This document shows, piece after piece, positions 1-8,769 of a stretch of DNA of 13,397 nt. Numbering within the stretch: the first letter of the stretch is position 1; every line of letters starts with the position of its first letter. The DNA lies in NCBI GenBank assembly GCA_051746405.1, contig JBNJFB010000058.1, positions 1 through 13,397 of the forward strand. Reading direction: 5' to 3'. A program made the translations under genes and the position numbers. This DNA is from Campylobacterota bacterium (lineage in GTDB: Bacteria > Campylobacterota > Campylobacteria > Campylobacterales > Arcobacteraceae). The notes below the pieces were generated by a model. The model was not told the origin of the DNA and ran no database searches. It saw nothing but the letters and a program-made list of their open reading frames with translations.

Positions 1-2
1 AT

Positions 3-659
3 GGTAACTCTGCTGTTGCTTTAACGCAAATTGCAGATAAAGCTATGGCTGAGCAATCTAATATTTTAGATGTGGTTAAAACTAAGCTTGTTCAAGCTGC
101 AACTGCTACTACTTCTGATGAAGGTAGAAATGCTATTAGAAAAGATGTTAGCAAACTATTATCACAACTTGATAATATTGCACAACAAACAAATTATAAT
201 GGTACTACTTTACTGCAAGCTAGTTCAACATTATCAGCAGGTGCATCAACTGGTTTAACATTCCAAATGGGTGAAACTAGTACTGATACTATTGAAGGTG
301 GTTCAAGTGTTAATGCAAACTCTGATGGACTTGGATTAGTAGCACTAAGAGATTATGGTTCAGGTGCACTAACCGTATCTGCTGCAGGCTCTGGAATGAC
401 ACTTGTAGATAGTGCCTTAAATCTACTAAATGGATGGAGAGCGGACTTTGGTTCTACTCAAAACCAATTAGAGTCAGCTGTTAGAAACCAAATGACTCAG
501 CAAACTAATATTAAAGCTGCAGAGTCTGTTATTAGAGATGTTGATTATGCTCAAGAGAGTGCTAACTTTAATAAACAAAACATTATTGCACAAGCTGGTA
601 CTTATGCTATGAGTCAGTCTAATGCAACTCAACAAAATGTTCTTAGATTACTTCAGTAG
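3..659 (+). CDS. fla: Flagellin (FlaA/FlaB type), 5'-truncated by the window edge
   Basis: The frame is open from nt 3 (GNSAVALTQIADKAMAEQSNILD...), so ATG45 is internal. N-terminal helical part (LDNIAQQTNYNG) and conserved C-terminal D0/D1 (RADFGSTQNQLES, ESVIRDVDYAQESANF, QNVLRLLQ-stop) are present. flaA cannot be told from flaB here. Confidence 0.97.
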   Translation, partial: GNSAVALTQIADKAMAEQSNILDVVKTKLVQAATATTSDEGRNAIRKDVSKLLSQLDNIAQQTNYNGTTLLQASSTLSAGASTGLTFQMGETSTDTIEGGSSVNANSDGLGLVALRDYGSGALTVSAAGSGMTLVDSALNLLNGWRADFGSTQNQLESAVRNQMTQQTNIKAAESVIRDVDYAQESANFNKQNIIAQAGTYAMSQSNATQQNVLRLLQ

Positions 660-671
660 TAATCTTAAATT

Positions 672-714
672 TTATAACCATTAGTAATACCCTGCTGGGT
701 ATTACAGGTTATAA
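672..714 (+). terminator. Stem-loop after flagellin (terminator or mRNA-stabilising hairpin)
   Basis: GTAATACCC(684-692)-TGCT-GGGTATTAC(697-705) forms a perfect 9-bp stem, extended by TTATAACC(672-679)/GGTTATAA(707-714). It starts 12 nt after the stop codon. There is no clear poly-U tail. Confidence 0.7.
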
Positions 715-736
715 TTAATCTAAAATTCTGTACAAT
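708..736 (+). promoter_or_regulatory. Candidate sigma70 -10 boxes for the maf/leg operon
   Basis: gtTATAAT at 708-715 fits the Campylobacterota gnTANAAT pattern, and TACAAT lies at 731-736. RBS-like AAAAGG at 752-757 precedes ATG764. The AT-rich background weakens the call. Confidence 0.4.
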
Positions 737-763
737 GTTCGTTAATAATTCAAAAGGTATTTC

Positions 764-2731
764 ATGGAACAAGAGATAAAAGACTTTAACAACATATTAA
801 TAAACTTATATGTAAAAAATTTAAATTATTTAGAAACTAATCACCCAGAAATTTTTGAAAAAGTAGAAGATTTATCAAATCAAATAAATAATGGAAAATA
901 TAGAGAAAATTTCACTCTTGAGTATCAAGAAGAAGGCTATTTTGATATATTTGATATTAAAGCTGATGATTATATTTATGGTTTTAATAGCTATGAAGAA
1001 GCAGACAAAAGAAAAGATTATGTGAATTTTACTCAAAAACACTCACTAAACCTTCTAAGACATGACTCTGTAAATAATAATTTTGCATTAATGAGTTCAT
1101 TGGGAACTGCATTACCTTTAGTAAGTTTTTTAAATCAAAAAATTGATTTTGAAAATATTACTTTTTCAAAAATTTTTAAATTTATTTTTATAGGCGTTGG
1201 GGTTGGAGTTCATATACATGAAATATATAAAAAAATTGATTCAATGAACACTCTAATTATTGAACCTAATTTAGAGATATTTAGATTATCTCTATTTACA
1301 ATTGATTATACTGAATTTGATAAAGAAAATAAAAAACTATTTTTAAGTGTTGCTAATACAGAGAATGAGAGAAGTAATATTTTAGATAAGTTTAATGCAT
1401 ATCATAGTTACATGAATTATAGTATTAAGCATCATCTGTTTTCAATAGAATACGAATATATATTAAATGAAGTCATTGAATACTATTCACATAATTTTGC
1501 AGCAGCATTCTCATATAATAGTGTATTAAAAGTTCTTTCCAGAACAATCAAGTATATGAATAAAGAGTATAACTTTTTAAAAAAATCTTATATAAATAAT
1601 CAAAAACCTTTAGAAAACAAAAGAGTTTTACTTATTGGTGCTGCACCATCTGTTGATAAGCAAATGAACTGGATTAAAAAAAACCAATCTAAATTTATTA
1701 TAATCTGTGTAGACAAAATGATTCAGAAATTAGAAAAGTACTCTATTGTACCTGATATAGCAGTATCAGTTGACCCTTCTCAAATTGTAGAAAGTTTTTT
1801 TAATACAAAAGATAAAAAGTTTTTAGAAAATAGTAGTATTATATTTTTATCTCAGCAACATAAAGATGTGATAAAAAGAGTAGAAAATCTTAATTTTTAT
1901 TTCTCTCAAGTTATGTATATATCAAAGGATTTAGATTATTCATTCTCTGTACCAAATGTTGGAACTTTTGGATTTGCAACAGCTCTACTTTTAGGGTGCA
2001 AAGAGATCTATATCGCAGGAAATGATTCATCATTTGATACAGATTCTGGAAAAGTTTTTGCTTCAGATACCTTAGATAGTCACCACGAATCATTTTTAGG
2101 AAAAGAGAATGATAACAGCGATATGATTTCTTCAGAAGATATTATAGAAGTAAAAGGAAACTTTACCAAAAAAGTTAAAACAACAAGAAAACTTATTACA
2201 TATAGAAATGATTATCAAAATTTTATTTCAAATAATAAAGATATGTCATATAAAGCTTACAATCTATCAGAAGGTGCTTACATAGAAGGTTTCACACCTT
2301 TAAAAATTGAAAATATTGATACAGAAAATTTTGAAGATAAAAAAGATGATTTAAGCACTTCAATTAAAGAATCATCTACAATTGTAAAAGATTTGGATTT
2401 TAGAAATGATATAGTAATTTTAAATAGTATTATTAGAAGAGCTGAAAAGTTTAAAAGAATGAAAATTTCATCAAAAGATGATTTTCTACAAAAGAAACTT
2501 GATATTATGATTTGGATTTTAGAACAAAAGAAAAAAATGGACTATCCTGTTTTTGGAAATATATTTTTAAAATTTACTGACTTAATTGATATTTATATTA
2601 ATTTTACGATAAATTTGAAGCAAAAAAAACTACATAACAAAGAGACACTAAATGAAATCAAAACATATTGGGCAAATACTTTAATTGAACTTATAAAAGA
2701 CCTAAAAAAAGCTACAAAAGAAGAAGTATGA
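764..2731 (+). CDS. maf: Motility accessory factor (Maf; DUF115/MptE-like domain), putative flagellin nonulosonate glycosyltransferase
   Basis: 655 aa, directly after flagellin. Maf-type segments are visible: FIGVGVGVHI, IIEPNLEIF, LLIGAAPSVDKQMNWIK...IICVD...IVPDIAVSVDP, VGTFGFATALLLGCKEIYIAGND, YNLSEGAYIEG. Confidence 0.9.
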   Translation: MEQEIKDFNNILINLYVKNLNYLETNHPEIFEKVEDLSNQINNGKYRENFTLEYQEEGYFDIFDIKADDYIYGFNSYEEADKRKDYVNFTQKHSLNLLRHDSVNNNFALMSSLGTALPLVSFLNQKIDFENITFSKIFKFIFIGVGVGVHIHEIYKKIDSMNTLIIEPNLEIFRLSLFTIDYTEFDKENKKLFLSVANTENERSNILDKFNAYHSYMNYSIKHHLFSIEYEYILNEVIEYYSHNFAAAFSYNSVLKVLSRTIKYMNKEYNFLKKSYINNQKPLENKRVLLIGAAPSVDKQMNWIKKNQSKFIIICVDKMIQKLEKYSIVPDIAVSVDPSQIVESFFNTKDKKFLENSSIIFLSQQHKDVIKRVENLNFYFSQVMYISKDLDYSFSVPNVGTFGFATALLLGCKEIYIAGNDSSFDTDSGKVFASDTLDSHHESFLGKENDNSDMISSEDIIEVKGNFTKKVKTTRKLITYRNDYQNFISNNKDMSYKAYNLSEGAYIEGFTPLKIENIDTENFEDKKDDLSTSIKESSTIVKDLDFRNDIVILNSIIRRAEKFKRMKISSKDDFLQKKLDIMIWILEQKKKMDYPVFGNIFLKFTDLIDIYINFTINLKQKKLHNKETLNEIKTYWANTLIELIKDLKKATKEEV

Positions 2732-3717
2732 TAATAGATAAAACTATATTAGTTACAGGTGCTGATGGGTTTATTGGTTCACATCTAACTGAAATGTTAG
2801 TAAAGCAAGGAGCTAAAGTAAAAGCTCTTAGTCAATATAACTCATTTAACTACTGGGGCTGGCTAGAAGATATTGATTGCTTGGATAAAGTAGAAGTTTT
2901 AAATGGAGATATAAGAGACCCTCATTATTGTAAGCACATTACAAAAGATATAGATATAGTGTTTCACCTAGCTGCATTAATTGCAATTCCTTACTCTTAT
3001 GTAGCACCTAGTTCTTATGTAGATACAAATATAAATGGAACACTGAATATTCTTCAAGCTTCTTTAGACAATAATGTTAAAAGAGTTATTCATACAAGTA
3101 CTAGTGAAGTTTATGGGACTGCACAATATGTTCCTATTGATGAAAAACACCCTATTCAACCCCAAAGTCCTTATAGTGCAAGTAAAATTGGTGCTGATAA
3201 TATGGCAATGAGCTTTTACAATGCTTTTGAACTACCTGTTACTATTGCTAGACCATTTAATACTTATGGTCCAAGACAAAGTGCTAGAGCTGTTATTCCT
3301 ACAATTATCACTCAAATCGCAAATGGGAAAAAATCTATCAAACTTGGTGATGTGAGTCCAACTAGAGACTTTAACTATGTGGAAGATACTTGTAGAGGTT
3401 TTATAGAACTTGCACAATGTGAAGAATCAATAGGTGAAACTGTAAATATTGGTTCAAACTATGAAATAAGTGTAGGTGATACCTTAAATTTAATCAAAGA
3501 GATTATGAATAGTGATGTGAGGTTTATAACAGAAGAACAAAGAATTAGACCTAAAAAATCTGAAGTATTTAGACTATGGTGCGATAATAGTAAAATTAAA
3601 AGTCTTACAGGTTTTGAACCAAGATACTCTATAAAAGAGGGATTAGAAAAAACAGTTAAATGGTTTAAAAATCAAGAGAATCTAAGAAAATATAAGGCAA
3701 ATATCTATAATGTATAA
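2728..3717 (+). CDS. legB: NAD-dependent GDP-GlcNAc 4,6-dehydratase LegB
   Basis: Extended SDR motifs GADGFIG, HTSTSEVYG and YSASK. LegB-type segments FHLAALIAIPYSY and RPFNTYGPRQSARAVIPTII. ATGA overlap with maf, followed by legC. Confidence 0.92.
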   Translation: MIIDKTILVTGADGFIGSHLTEMLVKQGAKVKALSQYNSFNYWGWLEDIDCLDKVEVLNGDIRDPHYCKHITKDIDIVFHLAALIAIPYSYVAPSSYVDTNINGTLNILQASLDNNVKRVIHTSTSEVYGTAQYVPIDEKHPIQPQSPYSASKIGADNMAMSFYNAFELPVTIARPFNTYGPRQSARAVIPTIITQIANGKKSIKLGDVSPTRDFNYVEDTCRGFIELAQCEESIGETVNIGSNYEISVGDTLNLIKEIMNSDVRFITEEQRIRPKKSEVFRLWCDNSKIKSLTGFEPRYSIKEGLEKTVKWFKNQENLRKYKANIYNV

Positions 3718-4849
3718 AGAAACAATAAGATTTATCAAGAGTTTATATAATACTGATGATTTTATTGCCCTACACGAACCAAAGTTTAAAGGTAATGAGA
3801 AACTATACCTAAATCAATGTATTGATTCCACATTTGTATCAAGTGTTGGTAAGTTTGTAAATAAGCTTGAAGAAAAAATAGCAAATTATACCAGTTCAAA
3901 ATATGCTATAGCAACAGTTAATGGTACCTCAGCACTTCATACAGCATTAATTGTAGCGAATATAGAAAAAGATGATGAAGTAATTACTCAAAGCCTATCT
4001 TTTATTGCAACAGCTAATGCTATATCTTATATAGGTGCAAAACCAATATTTTTAGATGTGGATAAGAAGACACTTGGACTTTCACATAAGGCTTTAAAAA
4101 AATTTTTAGAAGAGAATACATATATTAAGAACGATAAATGTATTAATAGATCTACAGGTAAAACTATAAAAGCTTGTGTACCAATGCATACTTTTGGACA
4201 CCCTTGTAAGATTGATAAGATAGTAAAAATCTGTAAAGAGTATAATATTAAAGTAATAGAAGATGCTGCTGAAAGCTTAGGGTCTTTTTATAAGAAAAAA
4301 CATACAGGAACCTTTGGAGAAATATCAGCTATATCTTTTAATGGGAATAAAATCATCACATCAGGTGGTGGTGGAGTAATCCTTACAGATGATGAGAAAT
4401 TAGCTAAAAAAGCAAAACACTTAACAACTACATCAAAAGTACCACACCCTTATGAATATATTCATGATGAGATAGGATATAACTATAGAATGCCAAACTT
4501 AAATGCTGCCCTACTTTTAGCTCAACTTGAACAACTAGATGAGTTCTTAAGACAAAAGAAAAAGCTTGCTAAAAAATATAAAAACTTTTTTAGTAAATAC
4601 AAAGATCTTAAATTTATAGAAGAACCTAAAAACTGTAACTCAAATTACTGGTTAAATGCTATTATTCTAAAAAATGAAGAGCAAAAAGAACAGTTCTTAA
4701 AAGTTACAAATAAAAATCAAGTTATGACAAGACCTGTTTGGAAACTATTAAACGAACTTGATATGTATAAGAATTGTCAAAGTGATGATTTAACAAACTC
4801 AAAATATTTACAAAAACATATTATTAATATACCAAGCGGAGTAATCTAA
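3710..4849 (+). CDS. legC: LegC-family PLP-dependent aminotransferase (DegT/DnrJ family)
   Basis: FIALHEP, CIDSTFVSSVG, EDAAESLGS, SFNGNKIITSGGGG (PLP lysine), GYNYRMPNLNAAL, TRPVW. Confidence 0.92.
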   Translation: MYKETIRFIKSLYNTDDFIALHEPKFKGNEKLYLNQCIDSTFVSSVGKFVNKLEEKIANYTSSKYAIATVNGTSALHTALIVANIEKDDEVITQSLSFIATANAISYIGAKPIFLDVDKKTLGLSHKALKKFLEENTYIKNDKCINRSTGKTIKACVPMHTFGHPCKIDKIVKICKEYNIKVIEDAAESLGSFYKKKHTGTFGEISAISFNGNKIITSGGGGVILTDDEKLAKKAKHLTTTSKVPHPYEYIHDEIGYNYRMPNLNAALLLAQLEQLDEFLRQKKKLAKKYKNFFSKYKDLKFIEEPKNCNSNYWLNAIILKNEEQKEQFLKVTNKNQVMTRPVWKLLNELDMYKNCQSDDLTNSKYLQKHIINIPSGVI

Positions 4850-5745
4850 TGAAGTTATCTATTGGATATTTTGCCGATGGGCCTTGGAGTCATAAAGCAT
4901 TTAAAAAACTTATAAATGATAAAGATATTGAAATAAAATTTATTTGTGTTAGATATGATACAAAAGATTTAACTCTTAAATCATATTGTGAGAAATATCA
5001 AATTGATTATATAAAACATAAAAATGTGAATTCACAAGAGTTTGTATCAAAAGTAAGAACTTACAATTGCGATCTTTTTGTCTCTATGTCTTTTAATCAA
5101 ATTTTTAAATCTGAACTAATAAACCTTCCAAAATACAAAACTATTAACTGTCATGCAGGTAAACTTCCATTTTATAGAGGGAGAAATATCCTAAACTGGG
5201 CACTAATAAATGATGAAAAAAGCTTTGGAATAACAGTACACTACATAGATGAAGGTATTGATACAGGAGATATTATACTTCAAAGAGAGTTTCCTATAAC
5301 AGATGAGGACAATTATAATACACTACTAGAAACATCATATACTCAGTGTGCAAATATTTTATACGATAGTATTGTTTTATTTAAAGAAAACAGAGTTAAA
5401 AGAGTTAGACAAAAAGATATCTCACCTGTAGGATTTTATTGCACTCAAAGAAAAATTGGAGATGAAATCTTAAATTGGAATCAAAAAAGTAGAGAAATTT
5501 TTAATTTTGTAAGAGCTATAAGCTACCCTGGACCAAAAGCTAGAGCATTTATAAATGGTTTAGAAATGAAAATTAATAAAGTTGAATATATAAAAGATGC
5601 TCCAAATTATAAATGTATTACAGGTGCAGTATTAAATAAATCAAATAATAGTTTTTTAGTTAAAACAGCTGATAGTTTTATAAATGTACTAGAGTATGAT
5701 TATGAAGGTAATTTTAAAGTAGGAGATAGATTTGAAATCAAATGA
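4849..5745 (+). CDS. Sugar N-formyltransferase 1 (N10-formyl-THF dependent, Fmt-like N and C domains)
   Basis: INCHAGKLPFYRG and TVHYIDEGIDTGD give an intact catalytic N100/H102/D138 set. C-terminal Fmt_C-like NFVRAISYPGPKA. Coupled to legC by TAATG. Confidence 0.88.
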   Translation: MKLSIGYFADGPWSHKAFKKLINDKDIEIKFICVRYDTKDLTLKSYCEKYQIDYIKHKNVNSQEFVSKVRTYNCDLFVSMSFNQIFKSELINLPKYKTINCHAGKLPFYRGRNILNWALINDEKSFGITVHYIDEGIDTGDIILQREFPITDEDNYNTLLETSYTQCANILYDSIVLFKENRVKRVRQKDISPVGFYCTQRKIGDEILNWNQKSREIFNFVRAISYPGPKARAFINGLEMKINKVEYIKDAPNYKCITGAVLNKSNNSFLVKTADSFINVLEYDYEGNFKVGDRFEIK

Positions 5746-6736
5746 TGTATTTATTATCGCTGAAGCAGGTGTAAATCATAATGGCTGTATTGAAACTGCA
5801 AAAAAATTAATTGATGTTGCTTATATTGCAGGGGCAAATGCTGTTAAATTTCAAACATTTAAAGCAGAAACTTTGGTATCTAAAAATGCTCAAAAAGCTG
5901 CTTACCAAAAAAAAACAACAGATGAAAATGAGTCACAGTTTGATATGATAAAAAAACTTGAACTTGATGTGAAAACCCATGAAATACTTATAGAGTATTG
6001 TAAAAGTAAAAATATTATGTTTTTATCTACTCCTTTTGACATAGATAGCGTAAAACTACTAAACAATTTAGGATTAGAAATTTTTAAAATCCCAAGTGGG
6101 GAAATTACAAATTTACCATATTTAAGAGCAATTGGCAAGATAAATAAAAAAGTAGTTTTATCAACTGGAATGGCAAATCTTCAAGAAGTAAAAGATGCTG
6201 TAAAAATTCTAATTAATAGCGGTACTAAAAAAGAGAATATCACTGTATTACACGCAAATACTCAATACCCAACCCCAATGGAAGATGTAAATCTAAATGC
6301 AATGCTTACTATTCAAAAAGAACTAGATATAAAAGTAGGTTATAGTGATCATACATTAGGTATTGAAGTTGATATTGCAGCAGTTGCAATGGGTGCATCT
6401 GTAATTGAAAAACATTTTACTCTTGATAAAACAATGCAAGGGCCTGATCATAAAGCATCTCTTGAACCATCTGAATTAATTTCAATGGTAAAAATAATAA
6501 GAAATATTCAACTTGCACTTGGAGATGGCATTAAAAAACCTTCAAGAAGTGAAACCCCTAACCTTAGTATAGTAAGAAAATCAATTGTTGCTAAAAAAGA
6601 TATAAAAAAAGGTGAAAAGTTTACAGAAGAGAATATAGCAATTAAAAGACCAGGAAATGGAATAAACCCAATGAAATGGGATGAAGTTTTAAAAACTACT
6701 GCTACAAAAGATTATAAAGAAGACGATTTAATATGA
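5732..6736 (+). CDS. neuB: Nonulosonic acid synthase, NeuB family (legionaminic acid synthase LegI-like)
   Basis: FIIAEAGVNHNG, VKFQTF, KIPSGEITNLPYL, GYSDHTLG, IEKHFTLD, GPDHKASLEP, plus a C-terminal AFP-like/SAF domain. TTG start with AGGAG at 5721-5725. Confidence 0.95.
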   Translation: MKSNDVFIIAEAGVNHNGCIETAKKLIDVAYIAGANAVKFQTFKAETLVSKNAQKAAYQKKTTDENESQFDMIKKLELDVKTHEILIEYCKSKNIMFLSTPFDIDSVKLLNNLGLEIFKIPSGEITNLPYLRAIGKINKKVVLSTGMANLQEVKDAVKILINSGTKKENITVLHANTQYPTPMEDVNLNAMLTIQKELDIKVGYSDHTLGIEVDIAAVAMGASVIEKHFTLDKTMQGPDHKASLEPSELISMVKIIRNIQLALGDGIKKPSRSETPNLSIVRKSIVAKKDIKKGEKFTEENIAIKRPGNGINPMKWDEVLKTTATKDYKEDDLI

Positions 6737-7884
6737 AAATATGTGTTATTACAGGAACTAGAGCAGAATATGGCTTACTATATTGGCTAATGAAAGAACT
6801 ACAAGATGATGATTTCTTTGAATTACAAATTATTGCCACAGGAATGCATTTAAGTCCTGAATTTGGTCTAACATATAAAGAGATTGAAAAAGATTTTAAA
6901 ATTGATAAGAAAATAGAAATACTACTATCATCTGATACTTCTGTTGGTATTTCTAAATCAATGGGGTTAGCTCAAATTAGTTTTGCAGAGGCTTACGAAG
7001 AATTGAAACCTGACTTGATTTTAGTTCTTGGTGATAGATATGAGATTTTTGCTGCAGCTAGTGCTGCAATGATTTCAAAGATACCTATTACACATTTACA
7101 TGGAGGGGAAGCAACAGAGGGTTTAATCGATGAACCAATAAGGCACTCTCTTACAAAAATGTCTCATCTTCACTTCACTGCTACAAAAGAGTATAGAAAT
7201 AGAGTTATACAGTTAGGGGAACAACCTAATAGGGTATTTAATGTTGGTGGATTGGGAATTGATAATATAAAGAAACTTCCACTTTTAAATAAAGATGAGT
7301 TTGAAAATTCTATTAATTTTAAACTTAATAAAAAAAACCTTCTAGTCACTTTCCATCCTGTAACACTTGAAAACAACTCTGCAAAAGAACAGTTTAAAGA
7401 AATTTTACAAGCCTTTGATGAACTTAAACAAACAAATATTATCTTTACAAAAGCCAACAGTGATACAAATGGAAGAGTTATTAATCAAATGATTGATGAA
7501 TATGTATCAAATAATACAAACTGTATTGCCTTTACTTCTTTAGGACAATTAAGATACTTAAGTTCATTACAGTATGTTGATGCAATGGTGGGAAATAGTT
7601 CAAGTGGTTTACTAGAAGCTCCAAGTTTTAACATAGCTACTATAAATATTGGAGATAGACAAAAAGGTAGAATTAAAGCTAAAAGTGTATTAGATTGTAA
7701 AGCTAAAAAAGATGATATCTTAAATACAATAGATATAGCATATTCTAAAGAATTTAAAAGTATTTTAAAAAATTCAACAAACCCTTACGACAATGGTGGT
7801 GCATCAAATAAAATAATAGAGATATTAAAAAACATTGAGCTTGATAATATCTTAAAAAAAGAGTTTTATGATTTTAAGGTTTAA
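6733..7884 (+). CDS. neuC: Hydrolysing NDP-sugar 2-epimerase, NeuC family (LegG-like)
   Basis: TGTRAEYGLL, TGMHLSPEFG, LGDRYE, HLHGGE, TFHPVTLE, GNSSSG, NIGDRQKGR. Confidence 0.95.
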   Translation: MKICVITGTRAEYGLLYWLMKELQDDDFFELQIIATGMHLSPEFGLTYKEIEKDFKIDKKIEILLSSDTSVGISKSMGLAQISFAEAYEELKPDLILVLGDRYEIFAAASAAMISKIPITHLHGGEATEGLIDEPIRHSLTKMSHLHFTATKEYRNRVIQLGEQPNRVFNVGGLGIDNIKKLPLLNKDEFENSINFKLNKKNLLVTFHPVTLENNSAKEQFKEILQAFDELKQTNIIFTKANSDTNGRVINQMIDEYVSNNTNCIAFTSLGQLRYLSSLQYVDAMVGNSSSGLLEAPSFNIATINIGDRQKGRIKAKSVLDCKAKKDDILNTIDIAYSKEFKSILKNSTNPYDNGGASNKIIEILKNIELDNILKKEFYDFKV

Positions 7885-7887
7885 TAA

Positions 7888-8769
7888 ATGAGAATAGTTT
7901 TTATTGGAACAGTTGAGTTTTCATATATATTACTTAAAAAACTTATTTCACTTAATGCAAATGTTGTTGGGGTTTGTACAAAAGAGATTTCAAATTTTAA
8001 TAGTGATTTTTATGATTTAACACCCACTTGTAAGCAAGAAGATATTCCATATAAGTATGTTAAAGATATCAATTCAAAAGAGAATATAGATTGGATAAAA
8101 GATTGTCAAGCAGATGTTATATTTTGCTTTGGTTGGTCCAATCTTATAAAAGAAGAGTTATTAGGTCTTACAAAGTATGGAGTAATTGGATATCATCCTT
8201 CAAAATTACCACTTAATAGAGGAAGACATCCTTTAATTTGGGCTTTAGCATTAGGTTTAAAAAAGAGTGCTTCAACTTTTTTCTTTATGGATAAAGGTGC
8301 AGATACGGGAGATATAATATCACAAAAAGAGTTTGATATTTTATATGAAGATGATGCAAGAACCCTGTACAACAAAGTATCAATAATTGCACAAAAACAA
8401 CTTGAAGAGTTTTTACCAAAACTTGAAAACAATAGTTTCAAAAGAATTAAACAAAAGCATTTAACTTCAAATACATGGAGAAAAAGAGGTAAAAAAGATG
8501 GTCAAATTGACTTTAGAATGACCTCAAACTCTATTTATAATTTAGTTAGAGCACTTACTAAACCTTATATAGGTGCACATATTGAATACAAAAATTCAGA
8601 CATTTCTATTTGGAAGGTTGAAGAGATAGAGTTTACAAAAAATAATATTGAACCAGGGAAAGTTTTAGAATCATCAGATAGTTATTTAATCGTTAAAACA
8701 ATAGATAAAGCAATTAAAATAGTAGAACATGAATTTAAAGAACTCCCTAAAAAAGGAGAATATCTATGA
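7888..8769 (+). CDS. Formyltransferase-fold protein 2 (variant GYHP active-site motif)
   Basis: MRIVFIGT N-terminus, FCFGWS, IGYHPSKLPLNRGRHP, MDKGADTGD, and C-terminal NLVRALTKPYIGA. Confidence 0.85.
   Translation: MRIVFIGTVEFSYILLKKLISLNANVVGVCTKEISNFNSDFYDLTPTCKQEDIPYKYVKDINSKENIDWIKDCQADVIFCFGWSNLIKEELLGLTKYGVIGYHPSKLPLNRGRHPLIWALALGLKKSASTFFFMDKGADTGDIISQKEFDILYEDDARTLYNKVSIIAQKQLEEFLPKLENNSFKRIKQKHLTSNTWRKRGKKDGQIDFRMTSNSIYNLVRALTKPYIGAHIEYKNSDISIWKVEEIEFTKNNIEPGKVLESSDSYLIVKTIDKAIKIVEHEFKELPKKGEYL

Noticed and set aside
70..258. 62-aa alternative-frame ORF inside flagellin
   Set aside because: The Leu-rich shadow frame results from GCT/ACT codon usage in the flagellin frame. It has no RBS or recognisable motif.
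721..745. Sigma28 promoter (TAAA...TTCGTTAA) upstream of maf
   Set aside because: The spacing is 13 nt rather than about 15, and the match to GCCGATAA is poor.
5907..5915. A9 tract in neuB (also A8 at 9687-9694 and G5 at 9866-9870) as phase-variation sites
   Set aside because: The frames are intact, and poly-A of this length is expected from Lys codons in AT-rich DNA. I saw no long poly-G/C tract of the Campylobacter contingency type.
4849..8769. Housekeeping methionyl-tRNA formyltransferase annotation for the two Fmt-like genes
   Set aside because: Both lack the Fmt N-terminal GTPxFA and TxPD motifs and the canonical HxSLLPxxRGxAP, and both are embedded in a sugar pathway.
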